Source: Planctomycetota bacterium (lineage in GTDB: Bacteria; Planctomycetota; Phycisphaerae; SM23-33). Taken from it: a stretch of DNA of 64,000 nucleotides. A program made the translations under genes and the position numbers. The notes under the pieces were generated by a model. The model made no database searches. It was not told where the DNA came from and saw only the letters and a program-made list of their open reading frames with translations. The stretch spans positions 5,594 to 69,593 of the forward strand of contig JAAAOJ010000062.1 in the NCBI GenBank assembly GCA_009908915.1, in the 5' to 3' direction. Numbering within the stretch: position 1 is the first letter of the stretch; each line of letters begins with the position of its first letter. Of this stretch, positions 8,269 through 18,003 are shown piece after piece.

Positions 8269-9930
8269 TCATGCCTTGGAGGCCTGGCCGGCCTTGAGTT
8301 GTTGGTTGACGCGGATGACTTCTTCCAGACTCGTCTCGCCCGCGACGACCTTTTGAATGGCCTGCTCCTGAATGAACCGCATCTTGTTCTTTTGGGCGGC
8401 GGCACGCATCGTCTCCCGCGTCGGGTTCGACATCATCACCTGCTTGAATGTGTCGTCTACGACGAGCAATTCGAACACGCCGGTCCGGCCGTAGTAGCCG
8501 CTGTCGCCGCACGTGGGGCAAGGGATGACCTCTCCGTTCTTGTCCTTGGGCTTGACCGTCGGCGGGTGGTAGAGCTGGCCGACGCGCTGCGGCGGCAGAC
8601 CGAGCTTCTTCAGCAGTTGCGGGTCCGGCTGGTAGGGTTCGCGGCAGTCGGGGCAGAGTTTGCGGACGAGCATCTGGCAGAGAACGCCGCGAAGGTTCGC
8701 GAGCCCCGACCGGATGTTGCCCACCGCCTTGAGCCACTTGACCAGGGCCGAAAAGCTGTCCTTGGCGTGCATGCCGGCCAGCACGTACTTGTCGTTGGCG
8801 AAGTCGCAGATCTGCTGGGCCGTCTGCTGGTCCGGCACCTGGTCGACGAGGATAACGTCCGGATCTCGCCGCATGGCGGTGGCGAGTTGCTTGGGCAGGT
8901 TTGGCGTCTCGCCGTACTCGTTCTGGGTGATGTTGTCTATATCGGTGATGCACGTGGCCTCAACCGTCGCCAGCAGCCGCATGAACGGATCCTGCCGTTT
9001 GAGCAGGGAATACTGCGTGCTGGTCACGCCGCTCTTGGGTGGGCCGCTGCAGATCAGGATGCCATTGGTCTGCATGAGCTGGTCGATCTGTTCGAGCATC
9101 GCCTCGCCCATGCCGAGGGTGTTGGCATTGGTCTGGACGAGTTCCTGGATGACGAGGATGCGCATCCGCTGGCCAGCGGGCGTGTGCGTGGTGGCCACTT
9201 CCATGTCCACGGGCGTGCCGGCGATGTCGATGGATATCTTGCCCTTCTGGACATCTTCGCGGTCCTCGGGGTCGATGCCGGCCTTGTCCTTGATGAACCG
9301 AATGGCCAGGTCCGCGTCGGCCAGCGGCATGGGGGGCTGCTCGGCAACGATGCCGTCGACCACGAACCGGACGGTCGCCTGTTGCTGGTTGCGCGGGGCG
9401 ACGTCGACCTCGCTGGCCCGGCCACTCGCGGCGGCATGCAGCAGGTCCTGGACGATGTTGTATTCGTTGACGGCGTCGGGGTCGAGTTGCTGGGCGTCGT
9501 TGAGCACGACCGGCCGCCCGTCGCGGCCGTAGATGCGGATGCGTTGGTGGACGGTTAGCACACCCTCGCCCTTGCGTTCCATGAGGCGGCGGAACCACTC
9601 GCCGTTAAATATCTTCATGTGGGGCGTCACGAGCCCGTTGCGGTGCGGCACGTACAGGCCGCCGGCCAGCAGCACGAGCAGGGGAAAGGCAATGACTCCA
9701 ATGGCGAAGTGCGGCGATAGCAGCCAGATTGCCAGGCCCAGCACGCCCGCTCCAACGTATAGTCCGCACCACATGTCGGACTTGGCGCCCGCCAGCAGTG
9801 TGTCGCGATAAAGCTTCGGGGCAACCCACAGCCAGCCCATCGCGAAAAGCGCCATCACGACGAACTTCACCGGCGAGCCATAGCCGCCGTCCGGCGTGGT
9901 CGCCGCGAGTTGCATGAGATGGAATGTCAC
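8269..9930 (-). CDS. GspE/PilB-family secretion-ATPase homolog, membrane-anchored, with degenerate Walker A, Walker B and His box (probable pseudo-ATPase)
   Basis: Three N-terminal TM helices. GspE N1-like segment (SEVDV...VRFVVDG). P-loop reads GPPKSGVTST instead of GPTGSGKTTT, so the P-loop lysine is lost. Asp box/Walker B reads DPDVILVDQVPD instead of DPD..MVGEIRD, so the catalytic Glu is replaced by Gln. His box reads HAK instead of HTN. The tetracysteine Zn motif is retained (CPDC...CPTCGDSGYYGRTGVFELL). GTG start at 9930. Confidence 0.75.
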   Translation of the reverse strand: MTFHLMQLAATTPDGGYGSPVKFVVMALFAMGWLWVAPKLYRDTLLAGAKSDMWCGLYVGAGVLGLAIWLLSPHFAIGVIAFPLLVLLAGGLYVPHRNGLVTPHMKIFNGEWFRRLMERKGEGVLTVHQRIRIYGRDGRPVVLNDAQQLDPDAVNEYNIVQDLLHAAASGRASEVDVAPRNQQQATVRFVVDGIVAEQPPMPLADADLAIRFIKDKAGIDPEDREDVQKGKISIDIAGTPVDMEVATTHTPAGQRMRILVIQELVQTNANTLGMGEAMLEQIDQLMQTNGILICSGPPKSGVTSTQYSLLKRQDPFMRLLATVEATCITDIDNITQNEYGETPNLPKQLATAMRRDPDVILVDQVPDQQTAQQICDFANDKYVLAGMHAKDSFSALVKWLKAVGNIRSGLANLRGVLCQMLVRKLCPDCREPYQPDPQLLKKLGLPPQRVGQLYHPPTVKPKDKNGEVIPCPTCGDSGYYGRTGVFELLVVDDTFKQVMMSNPTRETMRAAAQKNKMRFIQEQAIQKVVAGETSLEEVIRVNQQLKAGQASKA

Positions 9931-10028
9931 GGTCGTCTCTGCCTTTCCTGTCAGTACGGAACGGACGATAAATCATGCGGACTGCCGCAACGAAGGTCAA
10001 CCAGATAATGGCCGCTACGCCGGCGGGG

Positions 10029-11210
10029 CTACATCTGGCGGTTGACCAGCCCGGTCTTGGCCTGGCTGATGCCCTTCATCATCATCCGCAGTTCTTCGGC
10101 GTTGGGGGCTACGCTGTAGGCCGCCTTCGGGTCGATCAGGTCTTTTTCGATCAGGTCGAACAGGCTTCGCGAGAAGCACTGCATGCCGTCGCCTTCGCCG
10201 GAGCGGATCACGTCGGCGAGGTCGGCGTCTCGACCGTCCTCGAGCAGCCCGCGGACGGTGGCCGTGCTGAGGAGGATTTCGACGGCTGGCACGCGGTCGA
10301 TGCCGTCGGCCACGCTGGGCAGGAGCTTCTGGCAGATGATGGCCTGAAGGTTGTACGCGAAGGACTGCATGATGTTGTCCCGCGATTCCGGCGGGAACAT
10401 GTCGAGGATACGGCTGACGGTCTGGGGAGCCGTCGAGGCATGCACCGTGCCGAAGACCAGGTGACCGGTCTCGGAGGCCTGCAGGGCGGCCTCAAAGGTA
10501 TCGCGGTCGCGCATCTCACCGATGAGCACGATGTCGGGGTCCTCACGCAGCAGGCTGCGCAGAGCGTCCTGGAAGCTCTGGACGTCGATTCCGATTTCGC
10601 GCTGGCTGATCAAGGCCTTCTTGTCCTCGTAGAGGTACTCGATGGGGTCCTCGATGGTCACGATGTGGCAGCGTCGCTGGGTGTTGATGTACTCGATCAT
10701 CGAGGCGATGGTCGTACTCTTGCCGCAGCCGGTCGGGCCCGCCAGCAGGACCAGTCCGCCGCTGGCCTGCGTGACCTTCTCCAGTACAGGCGGCAAGTGC
10801 AGCTGCTCGAAGTTCGGGATGTTGCGCGTGACGCGCCGTACAGCGATGCTCGGCTCGCCGCGCTGCAGGAAGATGTTGATGCGGAAGCGGTCGCCGCCGG
10901 GTTCTTCGTGGGCGATGTCGACCTGGCCGTGGTGGACGAAGTAGCTGCGCTGTCCGCTGGTCAGCAGACTGTCGGCCATCTCCTCGACCTGCTGGCGGGG
11001 CAGAGGCTCTTCCTTCACCGGCCGCATCTGCGACTTGACCCGCACGTGCGTGACCGAGTCGGTCTTGATGTGAAGGTCGGAGGCCCCGACCTTGGCCATC
11101 AGCTCGAAGTAGGTCTGCAGCTTGGTGGGGATCTCGCGTTCGTTCCCCTGATGGCCAGCGTCGAGTGGCGGTGCGGCGTCTCTGGCGGGTGGGGGGGTTG
11201 GCTCGCTCAA
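10029..11210 (-). CDS. pilT: type IV pilus twitching-motility ATPase PilT
   Basis: Intact Walker A ([10 protein letters not shown]), Asp box/Walker B ([14 protein letters not shown]), His box ([10 protein letters not shown]) and an N-terminal GASDLHIK motif. Apparent TTG start; its start region overlaps the hisF stop by 4 nt. Confidence 0.85.
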   Translation of the reverse strand: MSEPTPPPARDAAPPLDAGHQGNEREIPTKLQTYFELMAKVGASDLHIKTDSVTHVRVKSQMRPVKEEPLPRQQVEEMADSLLTSGQRSYFVHHGQVDIAHEEPGGDRFRINIFLQRGEPSIAVRRVTRNIPNFEQLHLPPVLEKVTQASGGLVLLAGPTGCGKSTTIASMIEYINTQRRCHIVTIEDPIEYLYEDKKALISQREIGIDVQSFQDALRSLLREDPDIVLIGEMRDRDTFEAALQASETGHLVFGTVHASTAPQTVSRILDMFPPESRDNIMQSFAYNLQAIICQKLLPSVADGIDRVPAVEILLSTATVRGLLEDGRDADLADVIRSGEGDGMQCFSRSLFDLIEKDLIDPKAAYSVAPNAEELRMMMKGISQAKTGLVNRQM

Positions 11211-12037
11211 CGTGAACTCCTCTGCTTGGGATGATCGCGCCTGTCCTCTCGCGTCAGCGGCGTGGGGGCCAAGCGACGGACGACCACGCCGTGGCGGGCG
11301 AGGTAGGCCTTGGTTTGGTCAATGGTGTACGTGCCGAAGTGGAAGATGCTGGCGGCCAGGGCGGCGTCGGCCCCGCCGCGCGTGACGGCCTGGACCATGT
11401 GCTCCGGGCTGCCCGCGCCGCCGGAAGCGATCACGGGGATATCGACGGCCTGTGCGACGGCCCGGGTGATGTCGAGGTCGTAGCCGTCCTGTGTGCCGTC
11501 GGCGTCCATGACGGTCAGGAGAATCTCACCGGCCCCGCGACGCTCGGCTTCGCGCGCCCAGCCGATGACATCCCGGCCGGTGGGGATCCGTCCGCCGTTG
11601 ATATGCACGTCCCAAAACATGCCGCTGGCACGTTTGATGCGTTTGGGGTCCATCGCTACGACGATGCATTGGCGGCCGAACTTACGGGCGGCGGCGGTGA
11701 TGACGTCGGGATTGCGAACGGCGGCGGAGTTCATCGCGACCTTGTCGGCGCCGGCCTTGAGCAGCTCGCGGACGTCGTCGACGGTTCGCACGCCGCCGCC
11801 GACGGTCAGGGGCATGAAGACCTCCTCGGCCGTGCGCCGGACGACGTCGAGGGTGATGTTGCGGCTCTCGTGGCTGGCGGTGATATCGAGGAAGACGAGT
11901 TCGTCGGCCCCGGCCAGTTCGTACTGGTGGGCGATCTCGACGGGGTCGCCAGCGTCGCGCAGGTCGACGAAGTTCACGCCTTTGACGACGCGTCCTTCGC
12001 GAACGTCCAGGCAGGGAATGATCCGCTTGGCAAGCAT
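11207..12037 (-). CDS. hisF: imidazole glycerol phosphate synthase cyclase subunit HisF
   Basis: RIIPCLDV...VKG N-terminus and the characteristic (beta/alpha)8 motifs (GADKV, ASGGAG). Start at MLAKRIIP (CAT at 12035-12037). Carries a ~22-aa C-terminal extension that overlaps pilT. Confidence 0.9.
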   Translation of the reverse strand: MLAKRIIPCLDVREGRVVKGVNFVDLRDAGDPVEIAHQYELAGADELVFLDITASHESRNITLDVVRRTAEEVFMPLTVGGGVRTVDDVRELLKAGADKVAMNSAAVRNPDVITAAARKFGRQCIVVAMDPKRIKRASGMFWDVHINGGRIPTGRDVIGWAREAERRGAGEILLTVMDADGTQDGYDLDITRAVAQAVDIPVIASGGAGSPEHMVQAVTRGGADAALAASIFHFGTYTIDQTKAYLARHGVVVRRLAPTPLTREDRRDHPKQRSSR

Positions 12038-12392
12038 GGTCGTGTGGTTCCGGCAGGGCCGCCCGGCTGGACCCGCCAACGCGGCGGGAAACATCCGTAT
12101 AGGCCCGGCAGCCCGTTTCAAACGCTATCGCATCTGCAGCGGGGCCTTCTTGCCTACGCGTAGTCGTCGCGGAAACTTGATGAACTCACCAATTCATCGG
12201 CGCTTCCGCTCCTCGATGCTCGGCAAACGGCCCCGGCCTCGCGACGCGATCCATTTCTAGGCGGACGGCTGCGGCGGCGGCATGTGCAAAACGGCATTCT
12301 ACCAGCCGACGGCCTGCAAATCCAATCGGCGCGGCCGCTTCAGGGCGCTTTTTTGCTGACATTTCATACGGACGTCGATAAGCTCCTCAGCG

Positions 12393-13022
12393 ATGAGCGA
12401 ACCGACTCTCGACACACTGGTTTTCGGCGGCACGTTTGATCCGATCCATCACGGGCACCTGATCGTCGCCCGCGCCGTCGCCGAGACCATGGGCGTACCG
12501 CGCGTGCTGCTCGTTCCGGCCGCGGCGAATCCGCTGAAGGGCGGCGCCGTCGCCGACGGCCCGCAACGTCTGGACATGTGTCGCCTGGCCGTGGCCGAGG
12601 ACCCGTTGTTCAGCGTCAGTGACATTGAGATCGACCGCCAGCCGCCGAGTTACACCGTCGATACGGTCGAGCAGGTGCAGCGGCAAGGCGGCTGGGGACG
12701 GCTGGGCGTGGTCGTCGGGGCCGATATGCTCGACGAACTGCCCCAATGGCATCGCGTGGAAGAACTGCTGACGGCAGTGGATATCATCATCGTGCCTCGC
12801 CCGCCCCGCACCCCCGGCGACGTGAAGGACACGCTCGATGGTCTGCGCGAAACGCTTGGGACCGGGCCGGTTGCCCGCCTGAAGCAGGCAATCGTTCATG
12901 CACCGATGATCGACATATCGGCCACGCAGATCCGCCGGCGGATCGCCGAAGGGCGGTCCATTCGATATCTCACGCCACCCAAAATTGCCGGATTCATCAG
13001 TAAGCACAATCTTTACGCGTGA
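12393..13022 (+). CDS. nadD: nicotinate-nucleotide adenylyltransferase
   Basis: GGTFDPIHHGH nucleotidyltransferase motif and an ISATQIRRR C-terminal motif. Confidence 0.9.
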   Translation: MSEPTLDTLVFGGTFDPIHHGHLIVARAVAETMGVPRVLLVPAAANPLKGGAVADGPQRLDMCRLAVAEDPLFSVSDIEIDRQPPSYTVDTVEQVQRQGGWGRLGVVVGADMLDELPQWHRVEELLTAVDIIIVPRPPRTPGDVKDTLDGLRETLGTGPVARLKQAIVHAPMIDISATQIRRRIAEGRSIRYLTPPKIAGFISKHNLYA

Positions 13023-13122
13023 ACCGCGAGCTTCATAACCTTTGCGCCAAAAAAATGTTGTGAAACATGGCACCCCTGTCGAACGCGTGATAAAAAAGAT
13101 GCAGAAAAAAGTCATTTATGTC

Positions 13123-13150
13123 TTGATGCAGATTCGGCGTTTGGTATTAT
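13123..13150 (+). promoter_or_regulatory. sigma70-like promoter (TTGATG -N16- TATTAT) in a low-GC island
   Basis: -35 TTGATG at 13123-13128 and -10 TATTAT at 13145-13150, 16 nt apart. Local GC is well below the genome average. Confidence 0.4.
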
Positions 13151-13157
13151 GGTGGTG

Positions 13158-13241
13158 AGGCTCCTCGGTCATAGTTCCCTCTTTGACCGAGACACGCGGT
13201 GCCGGGCTCCCCTCCCCCGGCACCCTTTTTTTGCGCTCGTC
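13158..13241 (+). ncRNA. candidate small RNA (~80 nt) with two hairpins with C/U-rich loops and an intrinsic terminator
   Basis: Hairpin 1: CTCGGTCA-tagttccctctt-TGACCGAG. Hairpin 2: GTGCCGGG-ctcccctccc-CCGGCAC followed by CCTTTTTTT. Starts ~8 nt downstream of the -10. No ORF. Both loops are CCUC-rich and therefore anti-Shine-Dalgarno-like. Confidence 0.4.
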
Positions 13242-13317
13242 GAGCGCTCGTCGAGCGGGTGGGCGCGGACCTCAGGGGATCAAATGACGAGGCAGGGCAT
13301 CGCGAGCGAGCGTTTCT

Positions 13318-14007
13318 TTAGATGCAACCCTTAAGTCTCATCGCGTGATGGGCGGTCACGGCGATCTCGCTGAGGCTGAAGACGCTGGCGTCGAAGGTCA
13401 GATTAAACGCCGGCTTGCGGGGATACTTGCGTTCGTAGATTTTCCGCAGGTACTCGCGTCTCTCGGTTTCCTCGTTGATATGGATTTTGGCCTGCGTTTC
13501 GCTGAGGCCTTCGCGGAAGGCGATCTGCTTGACCCGCCAGTCCACGGGTGCTTCGAGACGAACGCTGATGCCGTTGGGAATGTCCGCCGTCGCGGCGGCC
13601 GAGCCCTGCCCGACAAGAATCGCGTGACCGTCGATGGCCAGTTCACGGATGATGGCCGTCATACGGTTGCGGATCTCCATGCCGCTCGGCACGCGCTCCT
13701 TCTGGCCGGAGATCGTGCGGAAGAAGTTCTTCAGCAGGCCGGGCTTGGCGCGGCGTTCGCGCTCGATGACCTCCAAGGCCACACCCGTTTCGCCGGCAAG
13801 GTTATCGAGGATCTCCTTGTGGTAGATGTGCCATGTCTTGCCTTCATCGGCATCGTCGTTGAGAAGGTCCAGCAGTAGCAGGCCCAGCGAGAATCCACCG
13901 CAGCCGTACTGGCGCGAGATCGCCACAAACGGTCCCGCCTCGGAGAGATCCTCGTCGCAGGCCGTTCGAGGCTGCCGCATCTGTCTTGCCAGTGAATTCT
14001 CTGTCAT
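13318..14007 (-). CDS. cytidylate kinase-like family protein
   Basis: P-loop-like ISRQYGCGG and overall resemblance to the cytidylate kinase-like family (~230 aa). Co-directional with, and immediately downstream of, the PIN/TRAM gene. Confidence 0.6.
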   Translation of the reverse strand: MTENSLARQMRQPRTACDEDLSEAGPFVAISRQYGCGGFSLGLLLLDLLNDDADEGKTWHIYHKEILDNLAGETGVALEVIERERRAKPGLLKNFFRTISGQKERVPSGMEIRNRMTAIIRELAIDGHAILVGQGSAAATADIPNGISVRLEAPVDWRVKQIAFREGLSETQAKIHINEETERREYLRKIYERKYPRKPAFNLTFDASVFSLSEIAVTAHHAMRLKGCI

Positions 14008-14086
14008 GAATCCCGTGTCCCGTAGGTTTCCATGCTACGCAACGGCGAGCCGCGCGGCCCGTGCCCTGGTTCACCGGGCCGGCCGG

Positions 14087-15166
14087 TCACGTTCGCTCGG
14101 ACGTTTCGGCCTCGCGGGGTGGCCGGGACTTCTCCGCCCTGTCCACGCGGCCGAAGATCATGCGGCCGGCCGAGGTCTGCAGTACGCTGGTGACGGTGAT
14201 CTCCACCTGCGAGCCGATGTGTTCGCGACCATGCTCCGTGACAACCATCGTGCCGTCGTCGAGATATCCCACGCCCTGTCCTGGTTCCTCGCCGGGACGG
14301 ATCACCTTGACGGTCATCTTCTCACCCGGCAGGACCACGGGCTTTAGCGCGTTGGCGAGATCGTTGATGTTGATCACGTCAATGCCTCGCAGGCCGGCAA
14401 CTTTGTTGAGGTTGTAATCGTTGGTCATGATCCGCCCGTTGAGATGCTCGGCGAAGGCCACAAGTTTGGCGTCCACGGCGGCTTCGGCGGCGACGTTCGG
14501 CACGTGAACTTCCAGAATCTTGATATCCGCGGCCGGATCGTTCTGGAGCTTGTGCAGGACGTCAAGGCCCCGGCGGCCGCGGTTACGCTTCAGTTTGTCG
14601 CCGCTGTCGGCAATGCTCTGCAGTTCGCTGAGCACGAAGCGCGGGACGATCATCTCCGCATCGAAGATGCCTGTTTCCACCATGTCGGAGATACGGCCGT
14701 CGATGATGACCGAGGTGTCCAACAGGATCGGGCGGGCGCCCTTGGCCTGTTTGGAGAACTCGACGTAGGGGATGACGAAGCGGAATTCATCCTTGGTCTG
14801 CATGACGATGGTTACGCACAGGAAGACCAGGACGGCCCCGGTGAGGTTCTTTATGAGTACGATGACCGTTGAGTACTGGTCATACTGCGGGACGATGGCA
14901 ATGACCATGTCGATCAGCGCGGTGAAAATCCACGCCATGAACAGACCGGCCAGCAAACCGAAAAACAGGCCGCTGAGTGTGTTCAACTGTTTGCGGCGCC
15001 AGAACATGTCCACAAAGACCAGCGCCACCCCCAGCATCGCCGGGATGATGATGTAGGCGTAGATGTTCTCGCGGTGCTCGTTGACGAAATCCTGATTCAG
15101 CAGGATGGATGAAGTCAGACCCAGCACCGCAACGATGAAGACGGCCCGGATAAGATGAATGATCAT
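14087..15166 (-). CDS. PIN/TRAM domain membrane protein (YacL-like)
   Basis: N-terminal TM helices, a PIN domain (ILLDTSVIIDGRI...D) and a C-terminal TRAM-like beta barrel (GEKMTVKVIRPGEEPGQGVGYLDDGTMVV). Confidence 0.75.
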   Translation of the reverse strand: MIIHLIRAVFIVAVLGLTSSILLNQDFVNEHRENIYAYIIIPAMLGVALVFVDMFWRRKQLNTLSGLFFGLLAGLFMAWIFTALIDMVIAIVPQYDQYSTVIVLIKNLTGAVLVFLCVTIVMQTKDEFRFVIPYVEFSKQAKGARPILLDTSVIIDGRISDMVETGIFDAEMIVPRFVLSELQSIADSGDKLKRNRGRRGLDVLHKLQNDPAADIKILEVHVPNVAAEAAVDAKLVAFAEHLNGRIMTNDYNLNKVAGLRGIDVININDLANALKPVVLPGEKMTVKVIRPGEEPGQGVGYLDDGTMVVTEHGREHIGSQVEITVTSVLQTSAGRMIFGRVDRAEKSRPPREAETSERT

Positions 15167-15499
15167 GGCATTACGCCTTCTTCTGTCGCGAATTCAGCGA
15201 AAGAGGTTCGTGGGGTGTCGCAGCACTTCGGCTGTGCAAGCCGCACGCGCCGTCCGTCGTTGGGAAATATATCACGCCTCCCGAGACATTGCCAGTGACT
15301 TTCTCCGTCATTGCTTGCGCAAATAGTGTTTGATTTGCTCGGTCCTGGCGCGCATCATGGAACGTGCGGGCGTTGCGATCGATGCGTCAGTACGGATACG
15401 ATGGCGATCCGGGAACGACACGCCGACTGCGCAGAGCATGCCAGGGCTCGCGTGGCCGGGGCGGCCCCGACGATCGTTCTATCTCATGGAGGTAACGGG

Positions 15500-16894
15500 A
15501 TGCGAACTGCAACAAGCTGCCTGCTGCTGATTCCAGCGGTTCTGCTGCCGGCCGCCCGCGGCTGGGCTCAGCCCCCCGGCGTAACACCCGCCGCGCGGGC
15601 CGAACTCAAACCCACCTGGTTCAACCCCCAGACGCCCCAGCCCGGCCAGCAATATCCTCTCGCCGTCGTTCTCGAAAGCGGCGAATTCAGCGGCCCGGCC
15701 CACACGTTCTGGGTCTCGGCGCTTTTCACTCGCAACTACTGCCAGTGCATCGTGAAGAACACCTCCGAGGATTGGTCCGCCCTGAGCGTCAACGACGTGC
15801 TCGGGCTTATCGACCCGCTGCCGGGCAACGTGCCCGCCGACGGCAAGCGACTGCTGCTGGTGGCCGATCGCAAGACCGGGCCCCTCGCCATGCGGATGCT
15901 CGATGGCTTTCCGGATCGCATCGCCGGCATGGTCCTCGTCAGTGCCCGGCCGGTCGAACTGACCCGCGACGGCCAAGCCACCGTCTGGCTGCCACGACCG
16001 GCTGCCCGCGGCGTGCCCCTGTGGGTCGTCATCGGCACGAGCCCCGGCCCGGCCGCCCGAACGCTCAAAATGTGGCGGACGTTCGAGAGTCTTATGCCCG
16101 CCGACGCCAGTATCACCATCGACACACGACTCGGCCGCGGTGCCGAAGCGCTTCTGCCGGACAAGGCCGTCGCCGCCTGGCTGGAGGCCGTCGCCGCGGG
16201 CAAGACACCCGCCGAAGGACCCGACGCACAGGCACGGCAGCACAAACAGACCTACGCCGCCGCCAGCCAGGCCATCGACCGCCTGCTGCAGAAGCAGGGC
16301 TTCGCCGCGCCGGCCGGGCAGAAACTCATCAAGTCCGAAGGCCCCATGACCGTTTCCATCATTGCACCGCAAGGCTGGATACGCGTGCCGCGCATCGAAC
16401 TGCCCTACAACCCGCGCGGCACGGCTATCGGCGACGACGGCCAGTCGCAGGACGTTCCGCCGAATCCGTTCCTGCAGATCGGCATCAGCCCTACGCCGCC
16501 GGATCCGAAGAACCCCGGACCGCTGCACGGGCTCGTGTTGGCCACCGAGTGGCGTCGATCGGCCGGCGACCTGCTGGCCTACTCAAACAAACGGTTGACG
16601 AGCAAGGGGTACATCCCCTTTGTTGTCAAGCAGTGGACATCGAGCGGCTGGACGATTGAGCTGTCGGTCATCGCTTACGTCTACGAGGAACGCTGGCAGA
16701 GCTGGCTGGCACTTTCGGCGGCACGGGCCGGCACGAACGACAACCCCGCAGCCCCGATGGTCATGATCTTCAACCGCTCCGACCGCCCCGACGCCAATGC
16801 CATGGTCGCCGCGATGAACCGCCTGCGGCAGACCGTTCAGGCCGACTGGACCGGACCGCTTCGACCCGATGCGCCCACGCCGATTGAAGAATAG
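15500..16894 (+). CDS. secreted hypothetical protein
   Basis: Start chosen at MRTATSCLLLIPAVLLPAARGWAQ (signal peptide; ATG 15500). GGAGG ribosome-binding site 8 nt upstream. The 63 upstream codons in the track are rejected. No recognised motif. Confidence 0.55.
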   Translation: MRTATSCLLLIPAVLLPAARGWAQPPGVTPAARAELKPTWFNPQTPQPGQQYPLAVVLESGEFSGPAHTFWVSALFTRNYCQCIVKNTSEDWSALSVNDVLGLIDPLPGNVPADGKRLLLVADRKTGPLAMRMLDGFPDRIAGMVLVSARPVELTRDGQATVWLPRPAARGVPLWVVIGTSPGPAARTLKMWRTFESLMPADASITIDTRLGRGAEALLPDKAVAAWLEAVAAGKTPAEGPDAQARQHKQTYAAASQAIDRLLQKQGFAAPAGQKLIKSEGPMTVSIIAPQGWIRVPRIELPYNPRGTAIGDDGQSQDVPPNPFLQIGISPTPPDPKNPGPLHGLVLATEWRRSAGDLLAYSNKRLTSKGYIPFVVKQWTSSGWTIELSVIAYVYEERWQSWLALSAARAGTNDNPAAPMVMIFNRSDRPDANAMVAAMNRLRQTVQADWTGPLRPDAPTPIEE

Positions 16895-16896
16895 GC

Positions 16897-17862
16897 TTAC
16901 GCAAACATCAGGCTGCGGAACGCCATGAGCATGATGAAGGCCACGGGCGCCGACAGCAACACCGAGTCCAGCATGTCCAGGACGCCGCCGAACTCCGGAA
17001 CGAGCGAACCGCTGTCCTTTGCACCCGCCGCCCGCTTCAGCAGCGATTCGCACAGGTCCCCGAACTGACCGGCCAAGCCTACGACGGGGCCGAAGATCAG
17101 CCACGCCCACAGCGGCGGCTGCTCGCCGTCCAGCAGCAGCCACGCCAGCAGCACACTGGTGCCCGCGGAGGTGGCCAGCCCGCCGACGAGCCCCTCCCAG
17201 CTCTTGCCCGGGCTCAGCCAGGGGATCATCCGGTGCTTGCCGACAAGCGCGCCGGTGAAGTACGCCCCGATGTCCGTGAACTTGGCGGCAGCAAGGAAAA
17301 TGACCAGCACCGACGTACTCGACTCCAGGCGGAGAAGCACGATAGCGGAACCACCCAGGCCCAGCCACATGATACCCAACAGCGTCGTACCCAGACGCTC
17401 AAAAGGCTTGTCCAATCGCCCCCGTATCATCTGTCCGGCGAAGACCGCCATGACGACCAGCACAGGCAGTACGGCCAGGGCCGCAAAGGACGCCATCAAC
17501 CATGTCGGGGCGGACGTCGCAAAGGGGCCGTAAATACCCGTCAACGAGTCACGCAGAAACACGCCCAGCACCAGCACGCTCACGGCAAACAGTCCTGTGC
17601 GACGCAGGGCGGTACGGCCGGCCTGGCGGGCGAGGTCGCCGAATTCCAGCCATCCGACGAGTACCAGCGTCAACACCACGGCCGTCACGGGTAGGGCGGG
17701 GAAGCGGTCCGCAAATGCAGCGCTGCGATCAATGGACCAGTCGCGGTATGTCCACGGGCTCTTCTCCGCCCGGTGGTCGAGGTAGCCGTCGAGGACCAGG
17801 ATGCCCACCATGGCCGACAGCAGCAGCGAGCCGAACACGATGCGTTTCTGCATTGTCGTCAT
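16897..17862 (-). CDS. cdsA: phosphatidate cytidylyltransferase
   Basis: Multi-TM protein with CTP-transferase signature motifs (SWEG...GGVLD..DS). Start MTTMQKR confirmed on sequence. Confidence 0.85.
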   Translation of the reverse strand: MTTMQKRIVFGSLLLSAMVGILVLDGYLDHRAEKSPWTYRDWSIDRSAAFADRFPALPVTAVVLTLVLVGWLEFGDLARQAGRTALRRTGLFAVSVLVLGVFLRDSLTGIYGPFATSAPTWLMASFAALAVLPVLVVMAVFAGQMIRGRLDKPFERLGTTLLGIMWLGLGGSAIVLLRLESSTSVLVIFLAAAKFTDIGAYFTGALVGKHRMIPWLSPGKSWEGLVGGLATSAGTSVLLAWLLLDGEQPPLWAWLIFGPVVGLAGQFGDLCESLLKRAAGAKDSGSLVPEFGGVLDMLDSVLLSAPVAFIMLMAFRSLMFA

Positions 17863-18003
17863 AGCCGACAGTAGAACCGATCTACCGGGCGATTGCTACC
17901 CATTGACGCAGCCGGGCGAACGTGCTTTAGTGGAGAATTCCTTTGCCTGCGAGGGCCCGCGACGGCGAGACGCACGGCCGACGCCGCCGGGAGGCGAGTT
18001 ATC

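Noticed and set aside
8233-11234. Plus-strand ORFs of 441, 290 and 419 aa (8233-9558, 8660-9532, 9975-11234)
   Set aside because: They are antisense to the PilB-like and pilT genes, and their translations are Arg/Gly/Ala-rich low-complexity.
15479-16659. 349-aa minus-strand and 304-aa plus-strand ORFs
   Set aside because: They overlap the secreted protein gene at 15500-16894 in other frames or strands. Their translations are Arg/Pro-rich low-complexity.
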